64,000 nt of DNA from Nitrospirota bacterium. GTDB lineage: Bacteria > Nitrospirota > UBA9217. Position numbers and translations under genes: made by a program. The stretch covers positions 96,001 to 160,000 of the forward strand of contig CAVVOB010000022.1 in the NCBI GenBank assembly GCA_963749655.1, in the 5' to 3' direction. The notes below the pieces were generated by a model. It did no database searches. It had not been told where the DNA came from and saw only the letters and a program-made list of their open reading frames with translations. Shown piece after piece: positions 30,714 through 40,455 of this stretch. Each line of letters starts with the position of its first letter. Within the stretch, counting starts at the first letter, position 1.

Positions 30714-30921
30714 CTCATGGCGTACCTGGCCATGATGCCTCAAATAGAGTGAATCAGCGCTAGCCAGCCAGAAGGGAGCAGTCAGTTTTAAGGAAGGCTC
30801 CGGCGCTTGTGATAGTGTAAATGTAACAGCGGAAGAGGAGCACAAGGATGACAGGATCATCCAAGGGCTCCTTCCCGCGCGAAGATTGATTACCAGTAGG
30901 GCAACGTATTGATGCCATGGG
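30714..30921 (+). ncRNA. Candidate second 6S-like long-hairpin RNA
   Basis: Nested helices CUCAUGGCGU/AUGCCAUGGG, AUGAUGCCUC/GGGGCAACGU, AAUCAG/UUGAUU, GAAGGGAGC/GCUCCUUC, GCUCC/GGAGC; G-U pairs favour the + strand. Confidence 0.5.
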
Positions 30922-31151
30922 GAAATTTACTGTTGTACCATATAAGTACCATGAGGGAACGGGATTGAATTCACCGGGGGAGCAGTACTATCCAGCGCAG
31001 CTGAACTTTGGACAGGGAAACTCCCTTAAAAATAAACCGGTTGCCCCGCGCCTTCTCATCATCACCCCAGGGCCGAGCTTGCCTGATCCGGTCTGACCCC
31101 CTTCGCCCCCTATCACAGGTAGTCCGCGTAAGCCCTCCCGACGTATTTACC

Positions 31152-32492
31152 GTGGGCCTCAAGAATATCAAAAAGAATACCGAAGCGGAGTTATTCCCGA
31201 CAGAGCCGGCGATGCCCCCCCTTGCCTGGAGAATGCGCCCGCGCGGTCTGGACGAGTTTGCAGGGCAGGAGCATATTCTCGGACCGGGGAAGCTCCTGCG
31301 CAGGGCCATCGAGAGCGACCGGTTCATGTCGCTTATACTTTACGGACCTCCGGGAGTCGGCAAGACCGCCCTGGCCCATCTGATCGCAGAACGCAGCAGC
31401 GCTCATTTCGTATCCCTCAATGCCGTAACCGCCGGTGTTGCCGATATCCGGAGAGTGGCGCAGGACGCGGCACGGGAACGCAGCGCCAGCGGGAAGAAGA
31501 CCATTCTCTTCATCGATGAGATTCATCGTTTCACGCGGGTCCAGCAGGATGCGCTCCTTCCCGATGTTGAACAGGGGAACATCACGCTGATCGGCGCTTC
31601 GACGTCCAATCCGTTCTTCGCCATCATTCCGGCACTCTCATCCCGCTCCCAGGTCTTCGAGTTCAAACCCCTGAGCGAAGAGGCTGTCAAATCGTTGCTG
31701 CAGCGGGCTCTTGCCGACAAAGAGCGCGGGTTCGGAAGCCTGTCCGTGGCGTTGTCTTCGGAAGCGCTTGCATTTCTCGCGGCCCGTTCCGGAGGCGATG
31801 CCCGGAGGGCGCTGAACGCGCTCGAGATCGGCGTTCTTTCGACGGCGCCCGGACCCGACGGCGGCATTCTGTACGACCTGGGCGTTGCCGAAGAGTCGGT
31901 TCAGAAGAAGGCCCTCGTCTACGACGAGGACGAACATTACGATACTATTTCAGCGTTCATCAAGAGCATGCGGGGGAGCGATCCCGACGCAGCAGTGTAC
32001 TGGATGGCGAAGATGATCTTCGCCGGGGAAGACCCTCTGTTCATCGCGCGCAGGATCGTGATCGCGGCGAGCGAGGACGTGGGGAACGCCGACCCGAGGG
32101 CGCTCATGATCGCAACGGCCGCCTATCAGGCCGTGGAGCGCATCGGCATGCCGGAAGGACAGATGCCGCTTGCGCAGGCAGCCGTGTATGTCGCCTCGGC
32201 GCCCAAGAGCAATGCGGCCTATCTGGCAATCAACAAAGCAATGAAGGACATCGAGGAAGGAACGCCGCTTCCGGTGCCGGACCACCTCAAGGACGCCCAT
32301 TATAAAGGGGCGGCCCGGCTCGGCAGGGGCAAGGGCTACAAATATCCGCACGATTACCCTGGGCACCATGTTGTCCAGGAATATCTTCCGCAGAAGCGGG
32401 ACTACTACCGGCCTACGGAGCAAGGCGAGGAAAAAAGAATCAAAGAGCGCCTCGCGGGGCTGTGGGGGGAACATCAGGAGGGGAAAAAATGA
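31152..32492 (+). CDS. rarA: Replication-associated recombination protein A (MgsA); start may be 31152 or 31212
   Basis: [54 protein letters not shown]. Confidence 0.95.
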   Translation: MGLKNIKKNTEAELFPTEPAMPPLAWRMRPRGLDEFAGQEHILGPGKLLRRAIESDRFMSLILYGPPGVGKTALAHLIAERSSAHFVSLNAVTAGVADIRRVAQDAARERSASGKKTILFIDEIHRFTRVQQDALLPDVEQGNITLIGASTSNPFFAIIPALSSRSQVFEFKPLSEEAVKSLLQRALADKERGFGSLSVALSSEALAFLAARSGGDARRALNALEIGVLSTAPGPDGGILYDLGVAEESVQKKALVYDEDEHYDTISAFIKSMRGSDPDAAVYWMAKMIFAGEDPLFIARRIVIAASEDVGNADPRALMIATAAYQAVERIGMPEGQMPLAQAAVYVASAPKSNAAYLAINKAMKDIEEGTPLPVPDHLKDAHYKGAARLGRGKGYKYPHDYPGHHVVQEYLPQKRDYYRPTEQGEEKRIKERLAGLWGEHQEGKK

Positions 32493-34045
32493 TTGAGTAT
32501 ATAGCACTACTGGTCGCAGGACTTGCCGGAGGGTTCGGCATAGGCTTGCTGATCAAAGGAAGGGTTGCAGCCGGCAAGATAAGGGACGCCGAAGCCGAAG
32601 CCGCGCGGATCATGTCCTCGGCAGAGCGGGAGGCCGAGACGAAGCGCAAGGAAGCCGTGCTCGAAGCCAAGGACAAGCTCTACCAGGCGCGGGCCGAGTT
32701 CGAAAAGGAAAACCGCGATAAGCGCCAGGAACTCCAGAACCAGGAGCGCCGTCTGACGCAAAAGGAAGAGAACCTTGAAAAGAAGGTCGATCTCGTCGAG
32801 AAGCGCGAGTCCGATGTCGTCCGCCGCGAGCGGGAGCTCACGGCCCGCGAAAAGATCGCCATCGAGAAAGAGGAGCGCTTCGAGAAGGGGCTCCGCGAGC
32901 AGCGTCAAATGCTCGAAAAGATCGCCAACATGACGGCCGAGGAGGCCAAGCGCCAGCTCATGGTTTCCATGGAGGACGAAGCGAAGTTCGAGGCGGCAAA
33001 GACCATCAAGCGGATCGAAGACGAGGCAAAGGACGAGGCGGACAAGAAGGCCAAGAACATCATCAGCCTGGCCATTCAGCGCTACGCGAGCGACTACGTG
33101 GCCGAGGCCACGGTGTCGGTGGTGAACCTCCCGAACGACGAGATGAAGGGCAGGATCATCGGGCGGGAAGGAAGGAACATCCGGGCCATCGAAGCAGCCA
33201 CGGGCATCGATCTGATCATCGATGATACGCCGGAGGCGGTCATCCTGTCGTGCTATGATCCTCTCCGCCGGGAGATCGCGCGGTTGACCATCGAGCGGCT
33301 CATTCAGGACGGCAGGATCCATCCCGCGCGCATCGAAGAGATCGCGGAAAAAGTGAAAAAGGACCTCGATGTCTCCATGAAGGAAGAGGGCGAGAAGGCG
33401 GCCTTCGACCTCGGCATCCACAATCTGCATCCCGAGATCATCAAGCTCATCGGCAGGCTCAAGTATCGCACGAGCTACGGGCAGAACGTGCTCATGCACG
33501 CGCGCGAAGTGGCTTATTTCGCCGGGATCATGGCTGCGGAATGCGGCGTGGACCAGAAGCTTGCGCGCCGGGCCGGCCTGCTTCACGATCTGGGAAAGGC
33601 CATCGACCATGAAGTGGAGGGAACTCATCCCCAGATCGGCGGCGACCTCGCCAAGAAATTCGGGGAGTCCGCCAAGGTGATCAATGCCATCATGACGCAT
33701 CACGGGGACGGAGAGCCGAATTGCGTGGAGGCCGTTCTGGTTGCGGCCGCTGACGCGCTTTCGGCAGGCAGGCCCGGAGTGCGCCGCGAGACGCTCGAGA
33801 GCTACCTCAAACGGCTTGAGCAGCTCGAATCGGCGGCGAACTCCTTCAAAGGCGTCGAAAAATCCTATGCCATCCAGGCCGGTCGGGAGATCAGGATCAT
33901 CGTGAAGCCCGAGGACCTGTCGGATGCCCATTCAGCCCAGCTCTCCCGGGACATCGCCAAGAAGATAGAGCAGGAGCTTTCCTATCCAGGGCAGATCAAG
34001 GTTACCGTGGTCCGCGAGAGCAGGTACGTGGAGTATGCGAAATAA
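32489..34045 (+). CDS. rny: Ribonuclease Y
   Basis: N-terminal TM, coiled coil, KH ([14 protein letters not shown]), HD (LLHDLGK), [10 protein letters not shown]. Confidence 0.97.
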   Translation: MIEYIALLVAGLAGGFGIGLLIKGRVAAGKIRDAEAEAARIMSSAEREAETKRKEAVLEAKDKLYQARAEFEKENRDKRQELQNQERRLTQKEENLEKKVDLVEKRESDVVRRERELTAREKIAIEKEERFEKGLREQRQMLEKIANMTAEEAKRQLMVSMEDEAKFEAAKTIKRIEDEAKDEADKKAKNIISLAIQRYASDYVAEATVSVVNLPNDEMKGRIIGREGRNIRAIEAATGIDLIIDDTPEAVILSCYDPLRREIARLTIERLIQDGRIHPARIEEIAEKVKKDLDVSMKEEGEKAAFDLGIHNLHPEIIKLIGRLKYRTSYGQNVLMHAREVAYFAGIMAAECGVDQKLARRAGLLHDLGKAIDHEVEGTHPQIGGDLAKKFGESAKVINAIMTHHGDGEPNCVEAVLVAAADALSAGRPGVRRETLESYLKRLEQLESAANSFKGVEKSYAIQAGREIRIIVKPEDLSDAHSAQLSRDIAKKIEQELSYPGQIKVTVVRESRYVEYAK

Positions 34046-34049
34046 CTTC

Positions 34050-34146
34050 AATGCGGAATGCGGAGTTCGGAATGCGGAATTAAAAACTGATTTGTAGGGA
34101 TTTGCTGTTTTTCCCATTCCGCAATCCGCATTCGCCATTCCGCATT
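34050..34146. repeat. Inverted pair of heptamer arrays
   Basis: (ATGCGGA)n...(TCCGCAW)n forming a long imperfect hairpin. Confidence 0.7.
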
Positions 34147-34216
34147 TGATCGGGCTGCAAGCAGTCTTCAGTAGCCGCATGAATGGGTTACGTTCCACAC
34201 GAGATTCGGAGGCGAG

Positions 34217-34993
34217 TTGAAGGTTCTTTTTATCGGCGACATCATCGGTGAGCCGGGCAGAAAAATGGTGAGGTCGTCCATGCGCAGTCTGGTGGATACG
34301 CATGGACCCGATCTGGTGATTGCTAATGGCGAAAACGCAGCAGGCGGATTCGGTATTACGTCCGAGATCGCCGAAGAGCTTTTCTCTATGGGGATTCACG
34401 TCCTGACCTCGGGCAACCACGTCTGGGATAAAAAAGAAATCGAAGGCTATCTTGCCAAGCAGGACCGTCTGATCAGGCCGGCGAACTATCCCGAGGGAAA
34501 CCCGGGGTACGGCAGCGTGGTCATTTCCACAGCGGCCGGAAAGGCCGCCGTGCTGAATCTCGAAGGCAGGGTCTTTATGAATAACCTGGAAGATCCCTTC
34601 CGCATGGCCGAGAGGGAGATCGCGAGGCTGAAAAAGGAAACGCCGGTTGTGATCATTGATTTTCACGCCGAGGCCACATCAGAGAAGATCGCCCTGGCCT
34701 GGCACGTTGACGGCAAGGCGAGCGCGGTGATAGGAACACACACCCACGTACAAACAGCCGACGAACGCGTGCTTACCAACGGCACAGCCTTCATGACCGA
34801 TGCGGGTATGACCGGCCCCACGGATTCAGTCATCGGCGTCAGGCGGGAACAGGCGATCGCCCGGTTCCTTTATCAGACACCTCACCGGTTCGAGATCCCC
34901 AAGGGGCCCGTTCATCTCGATGCCGCGGTTATCGACATCGATGAGAAGACGGGTAAATCGAGAAGTATCGAACGGATCAAAATGAAATCGTAG
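34217..34993 (+). CDS. ymdB: YmdB/TIGR00282 metallophosphoesterase
   Basis: FIGDIIG, NGENAAGG, TSGNH, DFHAEATSEK, GTHTHV; adjacent to rny. Confidence 0.9.
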   Translation: MKVLFIGDIIGEPGRKMVRSSMRSLVDTHGPDLVIANGENAAGGFGITSEIAEELFSMGIHVLTSGNHVWDKKEIEGYLAKQDRLIRPANYPEGNPGYGSVVISTAAGKAAVLNLEGRVFMNNLEDPFRMAEREIARLKKETPVVIIDFHAEATSEKIALAWHVDGKASAVIGTHTHVQTADERVLTNGTAFMTDAGMTGPTDSVIGVRREQAIARFLYQTPHRFEIPKGPVHLDAAVIDIDEKTGKSRSIERIKMKS

Positions 34994-35000
34994 CGGAACA

Positions 35001-35075
35001 ATTGCGGATTTCGGGATGGTCGTTTTTGACTTCATTCCGCATTCCGCAATCCGCAATCCGCAATCCGCATTCCGC
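35001..35075. repeat. Heptamer array (ATCCGCA)n abutting the xseA start
   Basis: attccgcattccgcaatccgcaatccgcaatccgcattccgc. Confidence 0.7.
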
Positions 35076-35076
35076 C

Positions 35077-36303
35077 ATGACCCAGAGCCATATTCTCACC
35101 GTATCGCAGCTGACCGGCCGGATCAAGGATCTTCTGGAAGGATCGTTTCCCGAGGTCTGGGTCGAGGGAGAGATCTCCAACCTTACGATTCCCCAGTCGG
35201 GGCATGCCTATTTCACGCTCAAGGACGGGCAGGCACAGATCCGTGCCATCCTTTTCCGTTCTTCCCAGCGGTTCCTCAAATTCACGCTTCAGCACGGCAT
35301 CAAGGTCATCTGCCGGTGCCGGGTGAGCGTCTATGAGCCGCGCGGCGAGTACCAGCTCATCGTCGATTACCTGGAACCCGAGGGAGTCGGAGCGCTCCAA
35401 CTCGCCTTTGAGCAGCTCAAGGCGCGCCTCGAGAAGGAGGGGCTGTTCGACCTTGACCGGAAAAAGCCTCTGCCCGTTCTCCCCGCCCGCATCGGGCTGA
35501 TCACTTCACCCACCGGCGCCGCCATCCGCGACATCCTGCAGGTGATCAAGCGGCGTCATCCAAAGATCCACATCCTCCTGTATCCGGTGCCGGTGCAGGG
35601 TGCTGAAGCCGCTCCGGCGATCGTTGAAGCGCTGCGGCACTTCAATGCCGGGCAATCGGCCGATGTTCTGATCGTGGGCCGCGGCGGAGGGTCCCTGGAG
35701 GACCTCTGGGCTTTCAATGAAGAACAGGTTGCCCGGGCAATCTCCGCCTCGAAAATCCCGGTCATTTCCGCAGTCGGCCATGAAACGGACTATACGATTG
35801 CCGACTTTGTCGCCGATCTGCGCGCACCGACGCCCTCGGCGGCGGCCGAAATGGTCGTGCAGGGGGAGGAACACTTCCGGGACAGCATCAGGCTCCTGTC
35901 AAGCAACCTTGTCAGAAGCATGCATCAGCGGCTGGAGTCTGCGCGAGAGGCGCTTCGAGGGCACCTGATGCTCCTCGGCGACCCGCGCAGAAGGCTCGAA
36001 CACTACGTCCAGCGCCTCGACGATCTGACGCACCGGATGACGCTCGGCCTTCGTCATAACCTTCTGCGCGATCGCACGCGGCTCGGTGCGGCTGCTGCCG
36101 GGCTCGACCATCTGAATCCCCTCGGCATCCTGTCGCGCGGTTACAGCGTAACCCAGCTGCATCCCTCGGGGCGTATCGTGAAGGACTCGCGTGAGGTGCA
36201 ACCGGGGGGCCTTATCAGGACGAAACTTCACCGGGGAGATCTGTTGTCGCGGATCGAGAAAGTCGGTGCTGAAGGGACCGCTGATCGCGAGGAGAAGGGC
36301 TGA
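35077..36303 (+). CDS. xseA: Exodeoxyribonuclease VII large subunit
   Basis: VWVEGEISN, SGHAYFTLKD, RGGGSLEDLWAFN, SAVGHETD, APTPSAAAE. Confidence 0.96.
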   Translation: MTQSHILTVSQLTGRIKDLLEGSFPEVWVEGEISNLTIPQSGHAYFTLKDGQAQIRAILFRSSQRFLKFTLQHGIKVICRCRVSVYEPRGEYQLIVDYLEPEGVGALQLAFEQLKARLEKEGLFDLDRKKPLPVLPARIGLITSPTGAAIRDILQVIKRRHPKIHILLYPVPVQGAEAAPAIVEALRHFNAGQSADVLIVGRGGGSLEDLWAFNEEQVARAISASKIPVISAVGHETDYTIADFVADLRAPTPSAAAEMVVQGEEHFRDSIRLLSSNLVRSMHQRLESAREALRGHLMLLGDPRRRLEHYVQRLDDLTHRMTLGLRHNLLRDRTRLGAAAAGLDHLNPLGILSRGYSVTQLHPSGRIVKDSREVQPGGLIRTKLHRGDLLSRIEKVGAEGTADREEKG

Positions 36304-36365
36304 GGATGCCGGAACAGTTGCCAAGGTTCTTGACAAAATGATGCACCCGGAGCCGTCACATTGTT

Positions 36366-36394
36366 TTGACACCATTTTATTCTTGTGATACTCT
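36366..36394 (+). promoter_or_regulatory. sigma70 promoter, probably giving a leaderless transcript
   Basis: TTGACA-N17-TACTCT with extended TG, ending 8 nt before ATG 36403. Confidence 0.55.
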
Positions 36395-36402
36395 ACTAGC
36401 CT

Positions 36403-38489
36403 ATGCAGGAAGACGCCAGACCAACCGATGCGCTTTCCCCGGAAGTCCAGGAGATCATGCGCACTCTCGTTTCGGCGATCAGAGCGGTCAAGCTCTATCC
36501 GCCCAATAATCCCGTTTACTCGCAGTCCATCAAGAAATCCTATGAATTGCTGAATCATTTTCTCGCGAATGCTTCCGATTACGTGGTCGGCGTTCAAAAA
36601 ATGAATTTCACCTATCGTCGAACCTCCCTGGGAAAGGACGGCCAGATCAATAGAGCCATCGCGCAGGACCTCTTTGCCAAGGGGGTCCGGGAGATCATTT
36701 TCAGACCCGGTGTCACGGAGAAGGAACTGCTCGAATTGTTTCAGGCCCTTGCCCTGTCTTCGGAGGAACTGGCGATGAGGAGCGGCATTACGTCGATTCT
36801 CTGGGAAAAGGGAGCGGAGCACATCAAGGTGACGGAGTCGGGGCTGGATGAAGTCATCACGACGACGGAGCAGGGGTGGGAGGACAAAACGCCCGCCGAC
36901 AAATCCGCCGAGGCGGCCAACGCCTCCAGCGAGGCCCAGAAAACCGGCTTCCCCGGCCGCACGCTGGTACTCGGGGACCTCATGACCGATCCGGCAGCGT
37001 TCGGCGCCAGTATGATAGAACTTGCGAAGCAGACAAAATCGGCGCACGAAAGCGTCGAGGACCGGCTCTATGCCCTGTACCAGGAAGCCGGCCGGAAAAT
37101 TCAGAAGGAACAGCCGGGCCAGAGCGAAACGCTGTTCGAAGGCCTGGCCAAATCCGTGCTCGCCCTCGATTCCCGCTACCGGGAAGGCTTTATCGCCGGA
37201 AAGCTGTACGGCCAACTGGATGCCGACATCGCGGATGAAGAGGGGATCGAAGGGAGTCAGCACCTGCCCACGGCGATTCAGGAGATCCAGACGGCGCGGC
37301 TCGTCGATAAGTGCACAGTTCAGCAGGTCGCAACGCTGCTGAAAAAAGCAACGGAGAAAAAGACCGCGCCGGCGGCGGCCGCCGTCGCTCGACCGTCTGG
37401 AAACGACACCGATTTCCGCAGAACTCCCGGGAATCGCAAAAGAGCTTACGGAGTACAGCCCCGAGGAGATGGCTTCGCTTAAGTCGCTCGGCGAAGCGGG
37501 GATGGAGTCCGACATCATCGAAGCGGCCGTCCGGACGCTGGTTTGTCTGCTTACTCTCGTCAAGAATCCGCAGCGCCCCGGGGGGGCCGAGAAGGAAATT
37601 GCGCTTTTTTCGGGCGTCGTCCGTCAGCTCGAGGACATGCTGAACTATCTCATCAAGAAGAAGGACTATGCACGCCGCAAAAAATATCATCGATGCGCTG
37701 CACAAACCCGTGGACCCTCAGTTCAGGCCAAGAATGACGGAGGCGCTGAGAAAGTCCATATCCAAGACCGCGATCGTCTCGGCAATCGGAGAGATGCGAA
37801 AGCTTCACAAGGATTCTCCCGAATATCAGACGATTTATTCCTATCTGTCATGCATGGAGCGGGAAACCACCCAGGCGCTGCTGGAGCTCCTGGCCGAGGA
37901 AAACGACCGAACGGTGCGATTGACCCTTCTCGATCTGGTGAAGGAGTTCGGAAAGAACCAGATCGCCCTGCTCGGGGAATATCTGAGCGACGGCCGGTGG
38001 TACTTTGTGCGCAATATCGTCAACATCCTCGGCGAGACGGGGACCGACCAGGCCATCGCCTTTCTGCGCAAAGCGGCCGATCACGAGAACGTCCGCATCC
38101 GGCAGGAGGTCATCAAGGGGCTCCTCGCCATCGGCGGGAAAAAGGCGGCGGCTGTTCTGGCAAAATTCCTCCGGGACAAGGACGCCGATGTTCAAATAAC
38201 GGCCGTCCGGGCCTTCGCCGACTTTCCCGGCATCGGAGCAGAGGAGTCGATTCCGCTGGCGACCTTCCTCGAAGGAAGGGAGCTGAATAAAAAGGACCAG
38301 GAGCTGACGCTCGAAGCGATCAAGGCTCTCGGAAAGATCGGCGGCCGGAGCGCGTTGGACCCCCTGCAAGGCTTTACGCGCATCCGCTGGTGGCGGTCAC
38401 GGAAACTTCAGAAAGAGCTCAAGGACGCGGCCGTGCAGGCTATGGAAGAGATAAAAAGGAGAAAGGTCGATGGCGGAAGAACAGCATGA
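36403..38489 (+). CDS. HEAT-repeat protein, split by frameshifts near 37390 and 37670
   Basis: N-terminal KLYPPNNP domain; C-terminal D.RWYFVRNIV.ILG HEAT repeats; three overlapping frames join into one gene. Confidence 0.75.
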
Positions 38490-39904
38490 CAGCCGCGGCG
38501 AGGCAAGGCAGTCGTTCTTTGCAAAGCAGCAGCTGATCGATGGCGCGCGCGCTGCGTTCCAGCAGCTGTCGGCCGTAATAAAGAACGCAACGCTCTATCC
38601 CGAAGCGCACCCCTTTCTGCTGACCTCTGCCGACAAGCTCAGGTCTACCATCGAGGGACTGATGCTGGGGCGGAAAGACGTTGCTTTTTACCTTGTGGGC
38701 GGGGAGCTTTTTTTCGAGAAGCTGTCGGTTCCGATCGACCAGAGCCTTTCGCTCCTGATGGAGGAGTTCACCCAGCGGGACATGGGCGGCATCGTTTTCA
38801 AGCCGGGATTGATCTCCCCGGAGCTCGTCCGGTTTGCCGCTCTTATGAACAAAGAGCCTGAATTTTTCGTCAAGCACGGCGGCGCCAACACGCGTGGTCC
38901 TGAAATCGGGGATCACCCATATGGAGCTCCACCGGGTGATCCTCGTCGACGAGAAGGCCGGCGAGACCATCAAGGCGGGGAAAAAGAAGGCCTCCGAGGT
39001 TTTCACCGATGCAATCGACGCGGTGAAAGAGATGGTCCAGGCGGTGAACCTGGACAAGGCGTCCAATCTGCGGAAGATGAACACGATCGTCCAGACCATG
39101 GTCGACAACATCCTGGACAACCGCGACGCCCTCATGGGACTCACGGCCATCAAGATGTACGACGATTACACCTTTGCCCACTCGGTGAACACCTCGATCC
39201 TCGCGGTGTCGCTCGGCACCTACCTGTCCCTGGAAAAGCCCCAGATCGCGGCGCTGGGCGTCGCGGGGCTCATGCACGATATGGGCAAGGTGAACGTCCC
39301 CAACGAGATCATCAACAAGCCGGGCAAGCTCTCTCCTGAAGAGTGGGAGCAGGTCAAGCGCCATCCCGTCGAAGGGGCGTTGATCCTCTCGGACGTTCCG
39401 GGAGTCACGAAACTGGCCATGGTGGCTGCGTTCGAACACCATCAGCACACCGGCGCCCAGGGCTATCCCCAGATCGAGGGCGGAGCGCACCAGCACCCCT
39501 TCTCGCAAATCGTATCCCTCGCCGACGCCTACGAGGCGCTCACGGCCGCGCGGGTCTACTACAGCGTCCAGATGCCGCCCGATAATGCCGTGCGCATCCT
39601 GCTTGCGAAGCGCGGGACAGTGTTCAATCCGATCCTTGTGAAGGCCTTCGTCAATATGATCGGGATCTACCCCATCGGCACGCTTCTCAAGCTGAATACG
39701 GGAGAGGTCGGGCTGGTCCTGCACCAGACACGGGATCTGATGCGTCCCCGCGTTCTGCTGCTCACCAAATTCGACGGCTCGGAGAAGGCGTCGGGTAAAG
39801 AGGTCAATTTGCTGGAAACGGCGGGGGGGAAGTACAAACGAACCGTCGTGGGCACGGTTGATCCCAATACTGCTCACATCGATGTGAAGAAATATCTCGA
39901 TTAG
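38470..39904 (+). CDS. HD-GYP cyclic dinucleotide phosphodiesterase, frameshift near 38890
   Basis: YTFAHSVN, HDMGK, HP..G, EHH...GYP, ADAYEALT; N-terminal LYP.AHP domain. Confidence 0.85.
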
Positions 39905-40426
39905 TCTGCCCGGTATTTTCTCCCCGGAAGCGGCATCCGCTGCATCGAGCAAGAAGCGGCGAGCAGGGATGCAGCGGCAATTCCCGACAATCCCGACCAT
40001 CCCGCGTTATGGTTGAACAGGACCAGGACAGGGTTGTTTCAATGCCCCGCGATCCGTTCTTCAGGTTACTTTTTGTATCCACCCTTCTTCCATTACCATT
40101 ACCATATGTTACGATATAATCGCATCGACACTTTTGATTACGTTCCCTTGCACGAAGTTTCATAAAAAAAAATTCGACATGTCTATTCCGAGCTCGTCAA
40201 TCATCTAAAATTACAAGTTTTTCATGGTCTTCCAAAGTGCCGAGCCTCAGAGTTCGACGGCCCTGACAGAGAAAAAAATCGCTGATTTATTGATGATTTT
40301 CTATCTTCCCGCTGAATGATTTCAGACGATCTCTCCGAGTACAACCGCACTGCGCTTCTGTCTCGGTCCGTGGTAATGCTCTCTGAGGATCACCAAATTT
40401 TCTCTTCCCCTATTCCTGCCTTTAAA

Positions 40427-40443
40427 TTGGTATCCATTTTGCT
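40427..40443 (+). promoter_or_regulatory. Putative sigma54 (-24/-12) promoter
   Basis: TTGGTATCCATTTTGCT, GG-N10-GC spacing. Confidence 0.45.
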
Positions 40444-40455
40444 TAGTTATCCCCT

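Noticed and set aside
31060-31115. SRP (4.5S) RNA near ftsY
   Set aside because: Only a loose minus-strand resemblance; the conserved CAGG...GGAA...AGCAG domain is absent
36303-36403. Absence of xseB after xseA as a notable loss
   Set aside because: xseB is often unlinked and could lie elsewhere in the genome
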